Shown piece after piece: positions 18,072 to 27,797 of a DNA stretch of 57,280 nucleotides. A program made the translations under genes and the position numbers. Each line of letters begins with the position of its first letter. Positions within the stretch are counted from its first letter, which is position 1. Under the pieces are notes generated by a model. The model did no database searches. It saw only the letters and a program-made list of their open reading frames with translations, and had not been told where the DNA came from. Source of the stretch: Patescibacteria group bacterium (GTDB taxonomy: Bacteria > Patescibacteriota > Minisyncoccia > Phycocordibacterales > UBA918); assembly GCA_019750255.1 (NCBI GenBank), contig JAIEOU010000007.1, forward strand, positions 1 through 57,280. Direction: 5' to 3'.

Positions 18072-21000
18072 TTATGCGACTAACTGCTTTTCTATACTAT
18101 CAACGTCGTTGGCGGCTGCCAGGGTGATTATCTGCTCGACTGTTGTTTCATTTGGATCTACCTTTACTCCAATGTCCTCAAGCTTAGTCGCCAGCGCTAC
18201 GACTTCGCGCCTCCAGCGATTAAAGTTTTCAAGTTTTACCCCCGATTGCTCAATAGTGGGACGACTAACCTTGCCTTCAAAGTCTGCAATCGTCCTATTT
18301 CCAAACACGCGTTCGGCGGTATTTTCATTAGCTCCGGTTAAAAAGCCAAAAAATGTTTGGGTGCGTGCGTTCACCTTTTCGGTCATCGCCTCACGAATTT
18401 TCAGAAACTTTTGTTCGTCTCCGTATCGCTCGGTAACGTACTTCTGGAAATCAGGGTTCTCAAGTGTCGCTTCCTCAGTTGAAGTAAAGACATCATCAGA
18501 CGACAGAGGGGCGGCCGGCTGTACCACATCGCCGAGCAACTCGTCTCTTGTTACCCTGTCCCTCACAGGAACGACGCCTTCTCCCTCAGAAACTTCTATA
18601 CGCAACCTCCTTCCACCTCGTTCGGCGGGTTGCTCTACCACGAGTGACTGGACTTCACTACCCTCATCGTCATCATACGTACCACGTACCTGCTCAGGGT
18701 CAGCCACAGCTAGCGAGCGAACATCCTCAAGAACTTCCGGTGTCTCGGCCGCCACTTGCGATACTTCAGCGTCTATTACGTCTGTATCGGGATTGACCGG
18801 AACTGATCGAAATAAAACTTCTGGCCCGTCCGATTGTGCAGTGGCCCTTTGCGCAAACTCACGTAGACGTTCGCTACTCAGCTCAAACGGCGGTCTCTGC
18901 GCTACTTCTACTACTGGAACCGGCAGCGGTTCCGGAACAATCGACACCGGTGGTACAAATACTCTTGTGCCACGAAGCGTCGACGATTTCTCTTGCGCCA
19001 ACTGGAGCAGATCGTGCACATTAATACGATCTTTGCCAGCAATAATTCTATCAACATGACCAGTAGTCACTCCCACCCGAGCACGCAACTCGGGATTAGC
19101 CTGCACTTCGTTCATAACGAGCTGCAGCATTCGATCGCGCTGCACCGGAGTCAGTCCCTGGTAGATTTCGGGGTTGCCGCTACGAATAGCATTATCCAGG
19201 ATTCCGGTCAGTCCCCGTCGACTATGCGCACTCGTTACTTCTACAATCTGAGTAGGAAATTCCCGTGGGCCACCAACGCGAACTGCTTCTGAAACAGCTG
19301 TTCTACTACCGGCACCGCGCCCTGTCGTCTCAGGTGCTGGAACCTGCCCCACCTCTGCAGGCCGCGCTCCGGTCGGATTACCTAACTGATCAACCGCGGC
19401 CGCAGGTCGAGGAACTTGAGCAGGCGGTTCTGGAGGTCCGCCAAACCTAATGCCTGAATCTTCGTACGTCGGCACACCTGGCTGAGGTGTTCGGTTTATA
19501 CGCAAACCATTGCCGGCCCCCTCTCCACCCGAGCTAAATACCCCCTCTGCCCAGGCGCGTCCCCCACCCATGCCAAACGCCGCACCAGCTGCGATACCAA
19601 CTCCAGTCGTAACATCTCGAACGATACGCTCGGTCTTCTTTAGATTTGCCTGAGCAAGGATTCTGCTATTGGCGATTCTTTGTAAGACCTGGATGGAACC
19701 AGTCCGCATACTACCCGCGTGATTCACGTTACTTTTTTCAAGCGCTGCCTGCTGACTGCTAAGGAGCAGCTTTGTAAGCACGCTTTTTGTGCCATACTTT
19801 GCTCCCATACCCACCGCGGCGGTGGTAGCCCATGCCCCAGCTGCCGCACCAAGACCAAGCAGTCCTCCCCCCGCCACTGCGAGTGCCCCGACACCACCGA
19901 CAAGTAACTTACCGCGCAACAGCATCTTCCCATCTTTCCGACGCTCGTTTTTACTTCCGTACAAAACTTCCCCCACACCTTTGGCGACGGCCGAGCCAGC
20001 AATCTTCTGCTTCATTTTGTCGTACAGCAACATTCCTTTACCAAATGCACTTTCGCTGCGCGCTGCGTTCAGAGCATCCTCTCGAGCCTTAAGTTCACCC
20101 TGTACCCTACTAAGAACAATAGTGTTGTACATTACCTGGTCCTCTTTGTTTTCACTATGTTTGTCGGGAAGGGCCTTAGTCGGATCAGTCGGGGCAGAAA
20201 AACCAAGCGCTTTAGCCGTCTCGCGTTTTTTATAGAATGTCTCTTTTAAAGCTGCTCCAGCCTTAAAGTACTGTGCTTCAGCCGCCAGGTACTCGGGGCT
20301 CTTCACTGCTTCCTTGGCGAAGTAATTTTTAAATTCTCCAAGAGCTGCCTGCTTTTTTGCATGCTCGTCACGGTGTGAGACCATCGCCGCTTCGGCCATT
20401 TTAAAAGCTTCTAACATTTGACGACGCTCCATCCGTACATCCAAAAAGGCGTTTTCTTTTTCAGCTTTTTCCTGAATCGCACCATAGTCAGCTGGTGCTG
20501 GCGGATTGGCAATAATTCTCTCAGCTAAAACAGTGATCAAATCTGTAATTCGTGCACGATTTGCTTCCAGCTTACTTTTATATAGGGCTAGGGCTTGTTT
20601 GTTTGTTTCCGTTGGTGGACTTTTCGCCGCAGCCTCAAGGGCTCTCTTACTTAAGTTCAGAAGGTTGTTAATTTCAGTAAATTCCGCCCGAGATGAAGTT
20701 TCTAGGGCCGGGTGGTCATTTCTAAAAGTAGCCAGTTCAGCTTCCGCGCTCTGTACTGATGCCGCTTCGCTACGAACCCATTCGTGCGCGCTTTCACTGT
20801 ACTGCTTCGACTCAGTCTGCGGTTTAGCCTCAGCTAAAACCTCTTTTCCAACCACTGCATCGTTAAACTTTTTCTGTAAAGACCCAAATAAAGACTCAAT
20901 TTCTGATTGAGTCGTCTCAACTTGGGCCTTTGTCGCTTCAAGGGCAGTAGTAACGCTGTATGCGTCATTTGCTATTTGAAACGTATGATCTATAAGTTGT

Positions 21001-21581
21001 TCTGAAGCTTCTATTTTTTGCTTCAGTAATACTAAATCCTGCGCCGCTTCAACACCTTTTGCTGCAAAATTACGTTCAAAGTTTTCAAGAAGCGCTTTAA
21101 AGTCAGAGACTTTTAGTGTTTTTGCATCAATCCATGACTGAGGACTTTTTATATATTCAGGCTTTATTTTTTCAAGACTATCCAGAAGTTGGACGCACAG
21201 GTTTTTTTTATTCCGGTACTCATCAAGTAGTGATTGCAACTGTGCGACTGCATCGGTAGGGTTTAAATTACTGGTTTCAACCGCAAGAATTCTTGTCCCG
21301 ATCTCGTCTAGTTCTCCCTTGGCTGATTTTAATTGTTCACCGATCTCTTCATTTAGATAATCGACACTCATCCTCTTGTCAGGCATCTGCACTAATACAG
21401 TATCTATCTTTTGCTGTACGAGTGCTTGCTGCTCCCTAAACCATTTTATTAATTCAACCTCTTGCTCTTCAAGTGATTGTGGGGGACGATTTCTTTCACG
21501 CGGCCCACCACCCCCTTGCGGAGGCCTTGGCTGAACCGCACCGGCAGGAGTGGGTGGCTGATTAATTCTGTTAGGTGGCAT
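18072..21581 (-). CDS. Large hypothetical protein: coiled-coil N-half, Gly/Ala hydrophobic segments, Pro-rich linker, possible LysM-like motif
   Basis: 1169-aa ORF starting 5 bp after the ATPase stop; GGVGALAVAGGGLLGLGAAAGAW and GVGIAAGAAFGMGG segments. Confidence 0.8.
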   Translation of the reverse strand: MPPNRINQPPTPAGAVQPRPPQGGGGPRERNRPPQSLEEQEVELIKWFREQQALVQQKIDTVLVQMPDKRMSVDYLNEEIGEQLKSAKGELDEIGTRILAVETSNLNPTDAVAQLQSLLDEYRNKKNLCVQLLDSLEKIKPEYIKSPQSWIDAKTLKVSDFKALLENFERNFAAKGVEAAQDLVLLKQKIEASEQLIDHTFQIANDAYSVTTALEATKAQVETTQSEIESLFGSLQKKFNDAVVGKEVLAEAKPQTESKQYSESAHEWVRSEAASVQSAEAELATFRNDHPALETSSRAEFTEINNLLNLSKRALEAAAKSPPTETNKQALALYKSKLEANRARITDLITVLAERIIANPPAPADYGAIQEKAEKENAFLDVRMERRQMLEAFKMAEAAMVSHRDEHAKKQAALGEFKNYFAKEAVKSPEYLAAEAQYFKAGAALKETFYKKRETAKALGFSAPTDPTKALPDKHSENKEDQVMYNTIVLSRVQGELKAREDALNAARSESAFGKGMLLYDKMKQKIAGSAVAKGVGEVLYGSKNERRKDGKMLLRGKLLVGGVGALAVAGGGLLGLGAAAGAWATTAAVGMGAKYGTKSVLTKLLLSSQQAALEKSNVNHAGSMRTGSIQVLQRIANSRILAQANLKKTERIVRDVTTGVGIAAGAAFGMGGGRAWAEGVFSSGGEGAGNGLRINRTPQPGVPTYEDSGIRFGGPPEPPAQVPRPAAAVDQLGNPTGARPAEVGQVPAPETTGRGAGSRTAVSEAVRVGGPREFPTQIVEVTSAHSRRGLTGILDNAIRSGNPEIYQGLTPVQRDRMLQLVMNEVQANPELRARVGVTTGHVDRIIAGKDRINVHDLLQLAQEKSSTLRGTRVFVPPVSIVPEPLPVPVVEVAQRPPFELSSERLREFAQRATAQSDGPEVLFRSVPVNPDTDVIDAEVSQVAAETPEVLEDVRSLAVADPEQVRGTYDDDEGSEVQSLVVEQPAERGGRRLRIEVSEGEGVVPVRDRVTRDELLGDVVQPAAPLSSDDVFTSTEEATLENPDFQKYVTERYGDEQKFLKIREAMTEKVNARTQTFFGFLTGANENTAERVFGNRTIADFEGKVSRPTIEQSGVKLENFNRWRREVVALATKLEDIGVKVDPNETTVEQIITLAAANDVDSIEKQLVA

Positions 21582-21586
21582 AATTT

Positions 21587-24358
21587 CTACAGCATACCAC
21601 TTAGTCCCGGTGGCGGGGTGACCGGTGCTTGTGCATACCGGGCATTAATTTCTGCCTCGATCTCGTCCCGCGGGCGGCCGTAGCGCGACACACTGTACTC
21701 GCTTAACTGCTGCACGAGCGCCGGGTCAGATTTTATTGGTGGCCGCATCGCCAAACTGAAGGGTTTTGTCGGCACACCGTTAGCCAAAATACGCACAATT
21801 GCATTGTAATTCGGGGTGTTCATTATATCTTTAGCCGTGAAAACGGGGGCAAATTGCTGCTCCAAAAACTGCGCATCTTCGGTACCCACACGGAACGCCA
21901 CGAGCGAACCGACGTTGCCAAATACCGCATCCTTGATAGTGGGATCAAGCTGCGCAATAAACTGGTGAACGACCGTGAGACTGAGCTTATACTTGCGCGC
22001 TTCCGACAGAATGGACGCAATGGCCGGAGTTGAGACGTTCTGGAACTCGTCAATATGGAGATAAAATGGCGGAAAGCCTCTCGTTGGATCATCAACGCGC
22101 GAGAGCGCGGCCATGAGTATTTTTCCAACCACAATCATACCGATGAGATTGGCATTAATTTCACCAATGCGACCCTTGGCCAGATTCACAAGAAGAATCT
22201 TCTTTGTGTCCATTATGTGCCTGAAATTCAGCGACGAGGTTTGCTGCCCAATAATTGGGCGCATGTAGTCGTTGGCGGTAAACACGTCAAACTTTGACAC
22301 GATGTACGGCACGATATTTTCAAGCGACGCTTCCCCGCCGGCCTTGGTGGCAATCTCCCGCCAGAACTGAACCACCACTGGGTTCTTAGCCCGTTCGAGC
22401 TTGTAGCGGCGATACCGCGCATCAGCCATCACCCGGGAGATATCCATAAGCGTACTGCCGCTTTCTGGATCTTCAAGCACAAGCAGGGTCGCGTTACGGA
22501 AATACTGCTCAAACATTGGCCCCATGCTCTCCGGGTTCCCGCCGTAGAGTTTTTGGAAAATTGAAAACAGCTCATTAACCACAAACGTCTTTTGTTCGGG
22601 CTTCGCCGGATCAAACTCGAGCATATTAAGTCCGAGCACCCGGTCGGTACGCGAGGGGTCGAAATAGATAATATCGTCATAGCGCTCGGGTGGGATGGCG
22701 CCCAGCACCTCTTCGATATCGGTTCCGTGCGGATCGATCATACACACGCCATTTCCCGCCTGTATATCCTGAATAATCGTGTTCGTCATGAACTTCGACT
22801 TACCCGTACCCGTCTGTCCAATAATGTACAGATGCCGCATGCGGTCGAGTTCAGTCATGAAGATTGGCTTTTCAGTGCCCCGATGGCGATTATCACCAAT
22901 CAACGTACCGGCAGTCGGCATAACCGTCGGCGCTGGAGCAGTGGCTGACTGTACTTGCTTAAACTGCGGCGTACCCAAAATCCCATTTGCCGGAAAATGT
23001 ACGAGAGTCGCGACTTCGGTGAGTGACAACGGAAGCAGACTCGACACCTCAAACTCACGAAACGAAAAGGATTTTTGGGCACGAAGGAGCGTACTACCCT
23101 TATGTCGGGTGGCGGTAAAATGGTTCCCTTCGACTAAGTCAAACTGATTAAAGGTCGCCTGTAGTTCAGTAATAATGTCTTCCGACCGATGCTTTTCTTT
23201 GGCCGACACAACGAGCCTGATATTACTCTCAATAATTTGGCTTTTTATTTTTCGCTGAAACAGTTCTACCGCTTCACTATCTACCTCCTTAGATTTTTCT
23301 TCCTCCTTTTTCTTTTTATCCCCCGCAAAAAGAAAGTCCGACAAGCCGCCAGTGAGCGCACCAAAGGCGGTACTGCGCGAAATGGCCTCGCCAGGCTTCA
23401 TACCCTTCTGTACCTCTTTAATTATTCCTTCGTAATGCTTACGGTAATCAGTTTGGGGGTGACGGAAGACGAACTGGATAGCAGCCCCCCCACCCTCACG
23501 TTCAATTTTTGAAAAGGCATTGAGGATGACCGCAAACGGGTCCGAGGTAAACGTATCAGCGGTACGAATTGGATAGATGGGATGCTTCTTGAGCGCCAGG
23601 TCAATAATGGCGTGCACCCCACCAGGAACAAACACATTATAGTCATGCTGGGCAATCGTAAGCGCAGCGTAGGGAAAGAGGCCGAGCACCTGCTTTTCAA
23701 AGAGCGTGGTGAATTGGTTTGGTACCGCCGCATAAAAAACAATATCGTCACTCCCGTCAGCTACGGCAATCTCTAGGGTGAAGTGATTATGCTTCACGGC
23801 CGAGCCAATGGTGCGCAAGCCCGCAAACAATTGCTCCATCATGCCCACGAGCTCCGCCAACTGATATTCCTTGTCCTGCGTTGCCTTAAGTTCTGGCAGC
23901 GCCACCTCGTAGAGCGTCATATGAAGGAGATGCCACGGCTCAAGTCCTTCTTTAGTATCTGAAAGCTCCGCACCGGCGCGGATTTTCTCTATCAGCCGGC
24001 GATGGACGTCATCAACCAAGTACGCATCATCAAGCTTCTCCAGTACCGAAAAAGCGTTACGTACTCCTTTCTCGAGTGCTAGATTAACAATTTCCTCAGC
24101 TTTATCGGTCGCGAGCTTCACGCCCTCTACCGCCGAGGCGAGTGCCGGACCTTCGAGGCGATGTGAGCTGTCGAGGATGACTTTGGGGGTAAACTGTGAA
24201 TACTCACGTAATTCCTGTTTTCCCAGTACCTCCACATCAGCCCGGTCGATTTCACTCGAACGCAACGAAAGCTCGCGCTCGCGCTCTGCGATACGTGCCT
24301 TTAGGTAGTCAATCTCTTCTTCAGCAGAAGAAAACTGCCGCGGTGCGGATTCTGCCAT
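21587..24358 (-). CDS. VirB4/TraG/HerA-like secretion or DNA-translocation ATPase
   Basis: RMRHLYIIGQTGTGKS (Walker A), IDPHG, LHIDEFQN (Walker B), LSEARKY, HQFIAQL. Confidence 0.88.
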   Translation of the reverse strand: MAESAPRQFSSAEEEIDYLKARIAERERELSLRSSEIDRADVEVLGKQELREYSQFTPKVILDSSHRLEGPALASAVEGVKLATDKAEEIVNLALEKGVRNAFSVLEKLDDAYLVDDVHRRLIEKIRAGAELSDTKEGLEPWHLLHMTLYEVALPELKATQDKEYQLAELVGMMEQLFAGLRTIGSAVKHNHFTLEIAVADGSDDIVFYAAVPNQFTTLFEKQVLGLFPYAALTIAQHDYNVFVPGGVHAIIDLALKKHPIYPIRTADTFTSDPFAVILNAFSKIEREGGGAAIQFVFRHPQTDYRKHYEGIIKEVQKGMKPGEAISRSTAFGALTGGLSDFLFAGDKKKKEEEKSKEVDSEAVELFQRKIKSQIIESNIRLVVSAKEKHRSEDIITELQATFNQFDLVEGNHFTATRHKGSTLLRAQKSFSFREFEVSSLLPLSLTEVATLVHFPANGILGTPQFKQVQSATAPAPTVMPTAGTLIGDNRHRGTEKPIFMTELDRMRHLYIIGQTGTGKSKFMTNTIIQDIQAGNGVCMIDPHGTDIEEVLGAIPPERYDDIIYFDPSRTDRVLGLNMLEFDPAKPEQKTFVVNELFSIFQKLYGGNPESMGPMFEQYFRNATLLVLEDPESGSTLMDISRVMADARYRRYKLERAKNPVVVQFWREIATKAGGEASLENIVPYIVSKFDVFTANDYMRPIIGQQTSSLNFRHIMDTKKILLVNLAKGRIGEINANLIGMIVVGKILMAALSRVDDPTRGFPPFYLHIDEFQNVSTPAIASILSEARKYKLSLTVVHQFIAQLDPTIKDAVFGNVGSLVAFRVGTEDAQFLEQQFAPVFTAKDIMNTPNYNAIVRILANGVPTKPFSLAMRPPIKSDPALVQQLSEYSVSRYGRPRDEIEAEINARYAQAPVTPPPGLSGML

Positions 24359-24427
24359 AGTACCCCTATTCTACCGCGCCACGGACCGTTGCCGACGGCG
24401 CTGTCCCCTAGCGTCTGTATGTGTACG

Positions 24428-25081
24428 CTAGCTGAAATCTTTGCAGAGCAATATGATATTTGCAGTAATAACGTCTTTCGCCACTTGAGTAAGATTAGTT
24501 ACTGACTGGTCAATTTTTTGCATGTAGTACTCATCTCCTAAAAAATAAGCAGCAACGAGTTCGGTGATATCTTCAAGAATTGCCACATTAAGCCGACCAG
24601 ACTCGACTTGCTCGCTCTGTCTTCGGTACACATCCATAGTGGAAAGACCAGATACTCTTCCCACTTTTTCCAAAGCAAGGTAAAGATGAATAATGGGGAT
24701 TTGATTTTGCGGCACTAGGTGACCATCAAGCCATTGTAAAAGCGTACGTTCATAGCCGCTCTGCTCCAGAAACGCATGCGCCAGTTCATGAGCAAATTTA
24801 AATACCAACTGTTCCTTAGGTGAAGCTTCAGCGATACCCCATCGTTGCGCTACTGTTTCGGGCACACCCCCGGTACCATACGTTATTGTCCTCTCGTGTT
24901 GTGTAGTTGGTGTTCGGGAGTACTTTCCTACCCAAGTAGTATCATCGGGCTTGAGTTTAATTCGATCACCATCTCCTAAAATAGCAGCCGCCACTTTGTT
25001 AAGTCTGAAGCTTGGATTATTAGTACCAAACTCATGCGCAGGACCCGTAAGTGGATTAGTTCTTTGTGTTGGCCGTTCCAT
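24428..25081 (-). CDS. Putative zinc metallopeptidase (HExxH)
   Basis: FAHELAHAF plus downstream EDITE; own extended -10 (TGG TAAAGT) 6 nt before ATG. Confidence 0.6.
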   Translation of the reverse strand: MERPTQRTNPLTGPAHEFGTNNPSFRLNKVAAAILGDGDRIKLKPDDTTWVGKYSRTPTTQHERTITYGTGGVPETVAQRWGIAEASPKEQLVFKFAHELAHAFLEQSGYERTLLQWLDGHLVPQNQIPIIHLYLALEKVGRVSGLSTMDVYRRQSEQVESGRLNVAILEDITELVAAYFLGDEYYMQKIDQSVTNLTQVAKDVITANIILLCKDFS

Positions 25082-25107
25082 ATAAAAACTTTACCACAGT
25101 GCAGTAC

Positions 25108-26121
25108 TTATCTTTTAGCCAAAATGGCACGCTTATATGTATCTAGATGTTCCAGCGCCACCCCCGTCCCCTTCACCACACAAAAGAGCGCCTGGTCAGC
25201 GAGCTGGGCTTTTACCCCAGTTCGCCTGCGCACCAGCTCGGTAAAGTTACGTAGCTGTGAAGTACCGCCCGTCATAATAATGCCCCCATCAATAATATCG
25301 GCCGCTAATTCGGGTGGGGTTTCCTGAAACACGTCCTTGATGGCCTTAATCATGTCGCGGAGCTCCTTTCCAATGGCGCGCACCACTTCATTGGTGCGAA
25401 TCTCGGTCGTGCGAGGAAGACCTGAAATCACATCACGGCCTTTAATTTCCATTGTGAGCTCTTCTTCAAGCGGCAAGGCCGAACCAATGGTGATTTTTAT
25501 CTCTTCTGCCGTCTTTTCTCCAATCGAAAGGTTTCGCGTCTTCTTTACATAATCAATTATCGCAGCATCAATCCGATTACCTGCACACTTCACCGAGTTC
25601 GATGCCACGATACCACCAAGCGAAATAACTGCCACGTCAGTCGTGCCACCACCCATGTCAACAATCATATGGCCCTGTGGTTCATAAATTGGAATACCAG
25701 CACCAATCGCTGCCAAAATCGGTTCCTTTACCACATAGGCGTTGCGTGCACCGGCTTTCATGGTCGCTTCTACCACAGCACGACGTTCGGTCGAGGTTAC
25801 CCCGGCCGGTACCGACACCATTACATCAGGGCGAAAGAGAGAGTACTTGCCTACGACCTTCGAAAGAAAATAGCGAAGCATAGCCTCAGTCACCCGGTAG
25901 TCGGCAATGACCCCGTCTTTCATAGGGCGGTAGGCCCGTAGCGTGTCGGGCGTGCGGCCAATCATGCGCTTGGCCTCAGCCCCCACGGCAAGCACCTGAT
26001 TATTGTCTGACACCACGACAACCGATGGTTCATTGAGCACAATACCCTGCCCCGGCACATACACGAGCACACTTGTAGTACCAAGGTCGATACCAATTTT
26101 CGGCGTAAAGCGAGACCACAT
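25108..26121 (-). CDS. mreB: Second MreB/Mbl paralogue
   Basis: IGIDLGTT, KEPILAAIGA, DMGGGTTD, GEKTAEEIK; start may be 26121 (MWSRF) or 26136. Confidence 0.93.
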   Translation of the reverse strand: MWSRFTPKIGIDLGTTSVLVYVPGQGIVLNEPSVVVVSDNNQVLAVGAEAKRMIGRTPDTLRAYRPMKDGVIADYRVTEAMLRYFLSKVVGKYSLFRPDVMVSVPAGVTSTERRAVVEATMKAGARNAYVVKEPILAAIGAGIPIYEPQGHMIVDMGGGTTDVAVISLGGIVASNSVKCAGNRIDAAIIDYVKKTRNLSIGEKTAEEIKITIGSALPLEEELTMEIKGRDVISGLPRTTEIRTNEVVRAIGKELRDMIKAIKDVFQETPPELAADIIDGGIIMTGGTSQLRNFTELVRRRTGVKAQLADQALFCVVKGTGVALEHLDTYKRAILAKR

Positions 26122-26175
26122 AGACACGGGCACCATTGTACTGCTTTTCTCCCCACACTACCAATCACAAGCTCC

Positions 26176-26191
26176 ATAGCATATATGCTAT
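26176..26191. promoter_or_regulatory. Perfect 16-bp palindrome overlapping the murA extended -10 (candidate operator)
   Basis: ATAGCATATATGCTAT is its own reverse complement; TGc-TATATT at 26186-26194. Confidence 0.6.
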
Positions 26192-26203
26192 ATTATTTTT
26201 TAT

Positions 26204-27712
26204 ATGCAAAGTATTGGACAGAAAATCATGGACGTACGTGAAGCTGCCGGAATTACTCAAGAGATACTCGCACATAAGCTCAAAACCACCCAAAGCGCTG
26301 TGGCTCGGATGGAAAGCGGAAAACAGAATGTCAGTACCGATATGCTGAAGCGCATAAGCCAGGCGCTTGGGAAAAATCTCATCACCCTCTCGCCCGGGAC
26401 GGTCAACGTCGCAATCGAAGGCGGAAAAAAACTCAAAGGCACGATAGAAACTAACACCTCCAAAAATGGTGCCGTGGGTCTTCTGTGTGCCTCGCTCCTG
26501 AATCGCGGCACCACTACCCTACGCCGCATGCCGCGCATTGAAGAGGTACATCGCCTGATTGAGGTTCTTACGAGCATTGGCGTCCGGGTGGAATGGAGCG
26601 GAAGCGACCTTATCATTACTCCACCAAAAACCTTCACCCTACATAGAATTGATGTGGCGGCTGCAAAGAAAACCCGTAGTATTGTAATGTTTATCGGACC
26701 GCTGATTCACGTCCTGAAATCATTTTCTCTCCCTCAATCCGGTGGCTGCAAACTCGGCAGTCGCACTGTAATGCCACACTTCTACGCCCTTGAACATTTT
26801 GGTGTCTCGATTACCACGACCGAATCAGCTTTCAAAATTGAACGTACCACCAGAGCCCTCGAAGCTGTTCATGAAGTCGTCCTCTATGAGTCGGGTGACA
26901 CCGTAACTGAAAACGCGCTCTTTGCGGCCGCCTGCACACCAAGTACGACAGTCATTAAGTACGCGAGCGCAAACTACATGGTGCAAGAAGTCTGCGCCTT
27001 CCTTATTAAGTGTGGAGTACAGATCGAGGGTATCGGGACCACCACCCTTACCGTCACCGGAGTGAACAACATCGCTACCGACATTGAATACACCCTCTCG
27101 GAAGATCCGACCGACAGTATGTTTTTCCTCGCCGCCGCGATTGTGACAAAATCTGCCATTACCATTACCCGCTGTCCTATCGACTTTCTCGAGCTCGAGC
27201 TCCTCGTTCTCGAAAAAATGGGCCTGGATTATTCACGCAGCAAACCCTACCTCTCGCAAAATGGTGTGACCAAATTAGTAGACCTTAAGGTGAGACCAAG
27301 CACGCTTACAGCCCCACTAGAAAAAATTCATTCCCGTCCGTATCCCGGCCTCAATGCCGACAACCTTCCCTTCTTTGCCGTAATCGCCACGGGCGCCAAG
27401 GGTCAAACCCTGATTCACGACTGGATGTATGAAAAACGCGCCATCTATTTTACTGAACTGGATAAGCTCGGTGCCGACACCGTACTTGCTGACCCGCACC
27501 GTATCTATATCACTGGCCCGACCCCACTACGCGCCGCTGAACTTGTCTGTCCACCGGCGCTACGCCCGGCTACCATCCTCCTTATTGCTATGCTTGGCGC
27601 CTCCGGCCGCAGCGTACTCCGCAACATTTACTCCATTAACCGGGGCTATGAAAACCTCGTCGCCCGACTTTCATCGCTCGGCGGCAATATTGTTTATTTA
27701 GATGAATTCTAG
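26204..27712 (+). CDS. murA: XRE-HTH / UDP-N-acetylglucosamine 1-carboxyvinyltransferase fusion
   Basis: N-terminal XRE HTH (ITQEILAHKLKTTQSAVARMESG); SKN, GGCKLGSR with catalytic Cys, PYPG, INRGYE. Confidence 0.93.
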   Translation: MQSIGQKIMDVREAAGITQEILAHKLKTTQSAVARMESGKQNVSTDMLKRISQALGKNLITLSPGTVNVAIEGGKKLKGTIETNTSKNGAVGLLCASLLNRGTTTLRRMPRIEEVHRLIEVLTSIGVRVEWSGSDLIITPPKTFTLHRIDVAAAKKTRSIVMFIGPLIHVLKSFSLPQSGGCKLGSRTVMPHFYALEHFGVSITTTESAFKIERTTRALEAVHEVVLYESGDTVTENALFAAACTPSTTVIKYASANYMVQEVCAFLIKCGVQIEGIGTTTLTVTGVNNIATDIEYTLSEDPTDSMFFLAAAIVTKSAITITRCPIDFLELELLVLEKMGLDYSRSKPYLSQNGVTKLVDLKVRPSTLTAPLEKIHSRPYPGLNADNLPFFAVIATGAKGQTLIHDWMYEKRAIYFTELDKLGADTVLADPHRIYITGPTPLRAAELVCPPALRPATILLIAMLGASGRSVLRNIYSINRGYENLVARLSSLGGNIVYLDEF

Positions 27713-27747
27713 CCCTCATATATCAAAGTGACACCTTGATAATAAGA

Positions 27748-27773
27748 AAGGCCGGGCCCGAAGGGTCCCGGCC
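27748..27773 (-). terminator. Hairpin terminator between convergent murA and a hypothetical gene
   Basis: GGCCGGG-cccgaagggt-CCCGGCC hairpin, followed by TTTCTT on the minus strand. Confidence 0.55.
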
Positions 27774-27797
27774 AAATTGCGCGCCAAGTGAGGAACC

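Noticed and set aside
18109-19059. 316-aa plus-strand ORF and similar long antisense ORFs (e.g. 13899-14633, 11721-12299)
   Set aside because: They shadow well-supported minus-strand genes and show Ser/Thr-rich antisense composition with no motifs
21587-24358. Conjugative element or ICE
   Set aside because: No relaxase, integrase, mating-pair genes or att sites nearby, and the flanks are housekeeping genes
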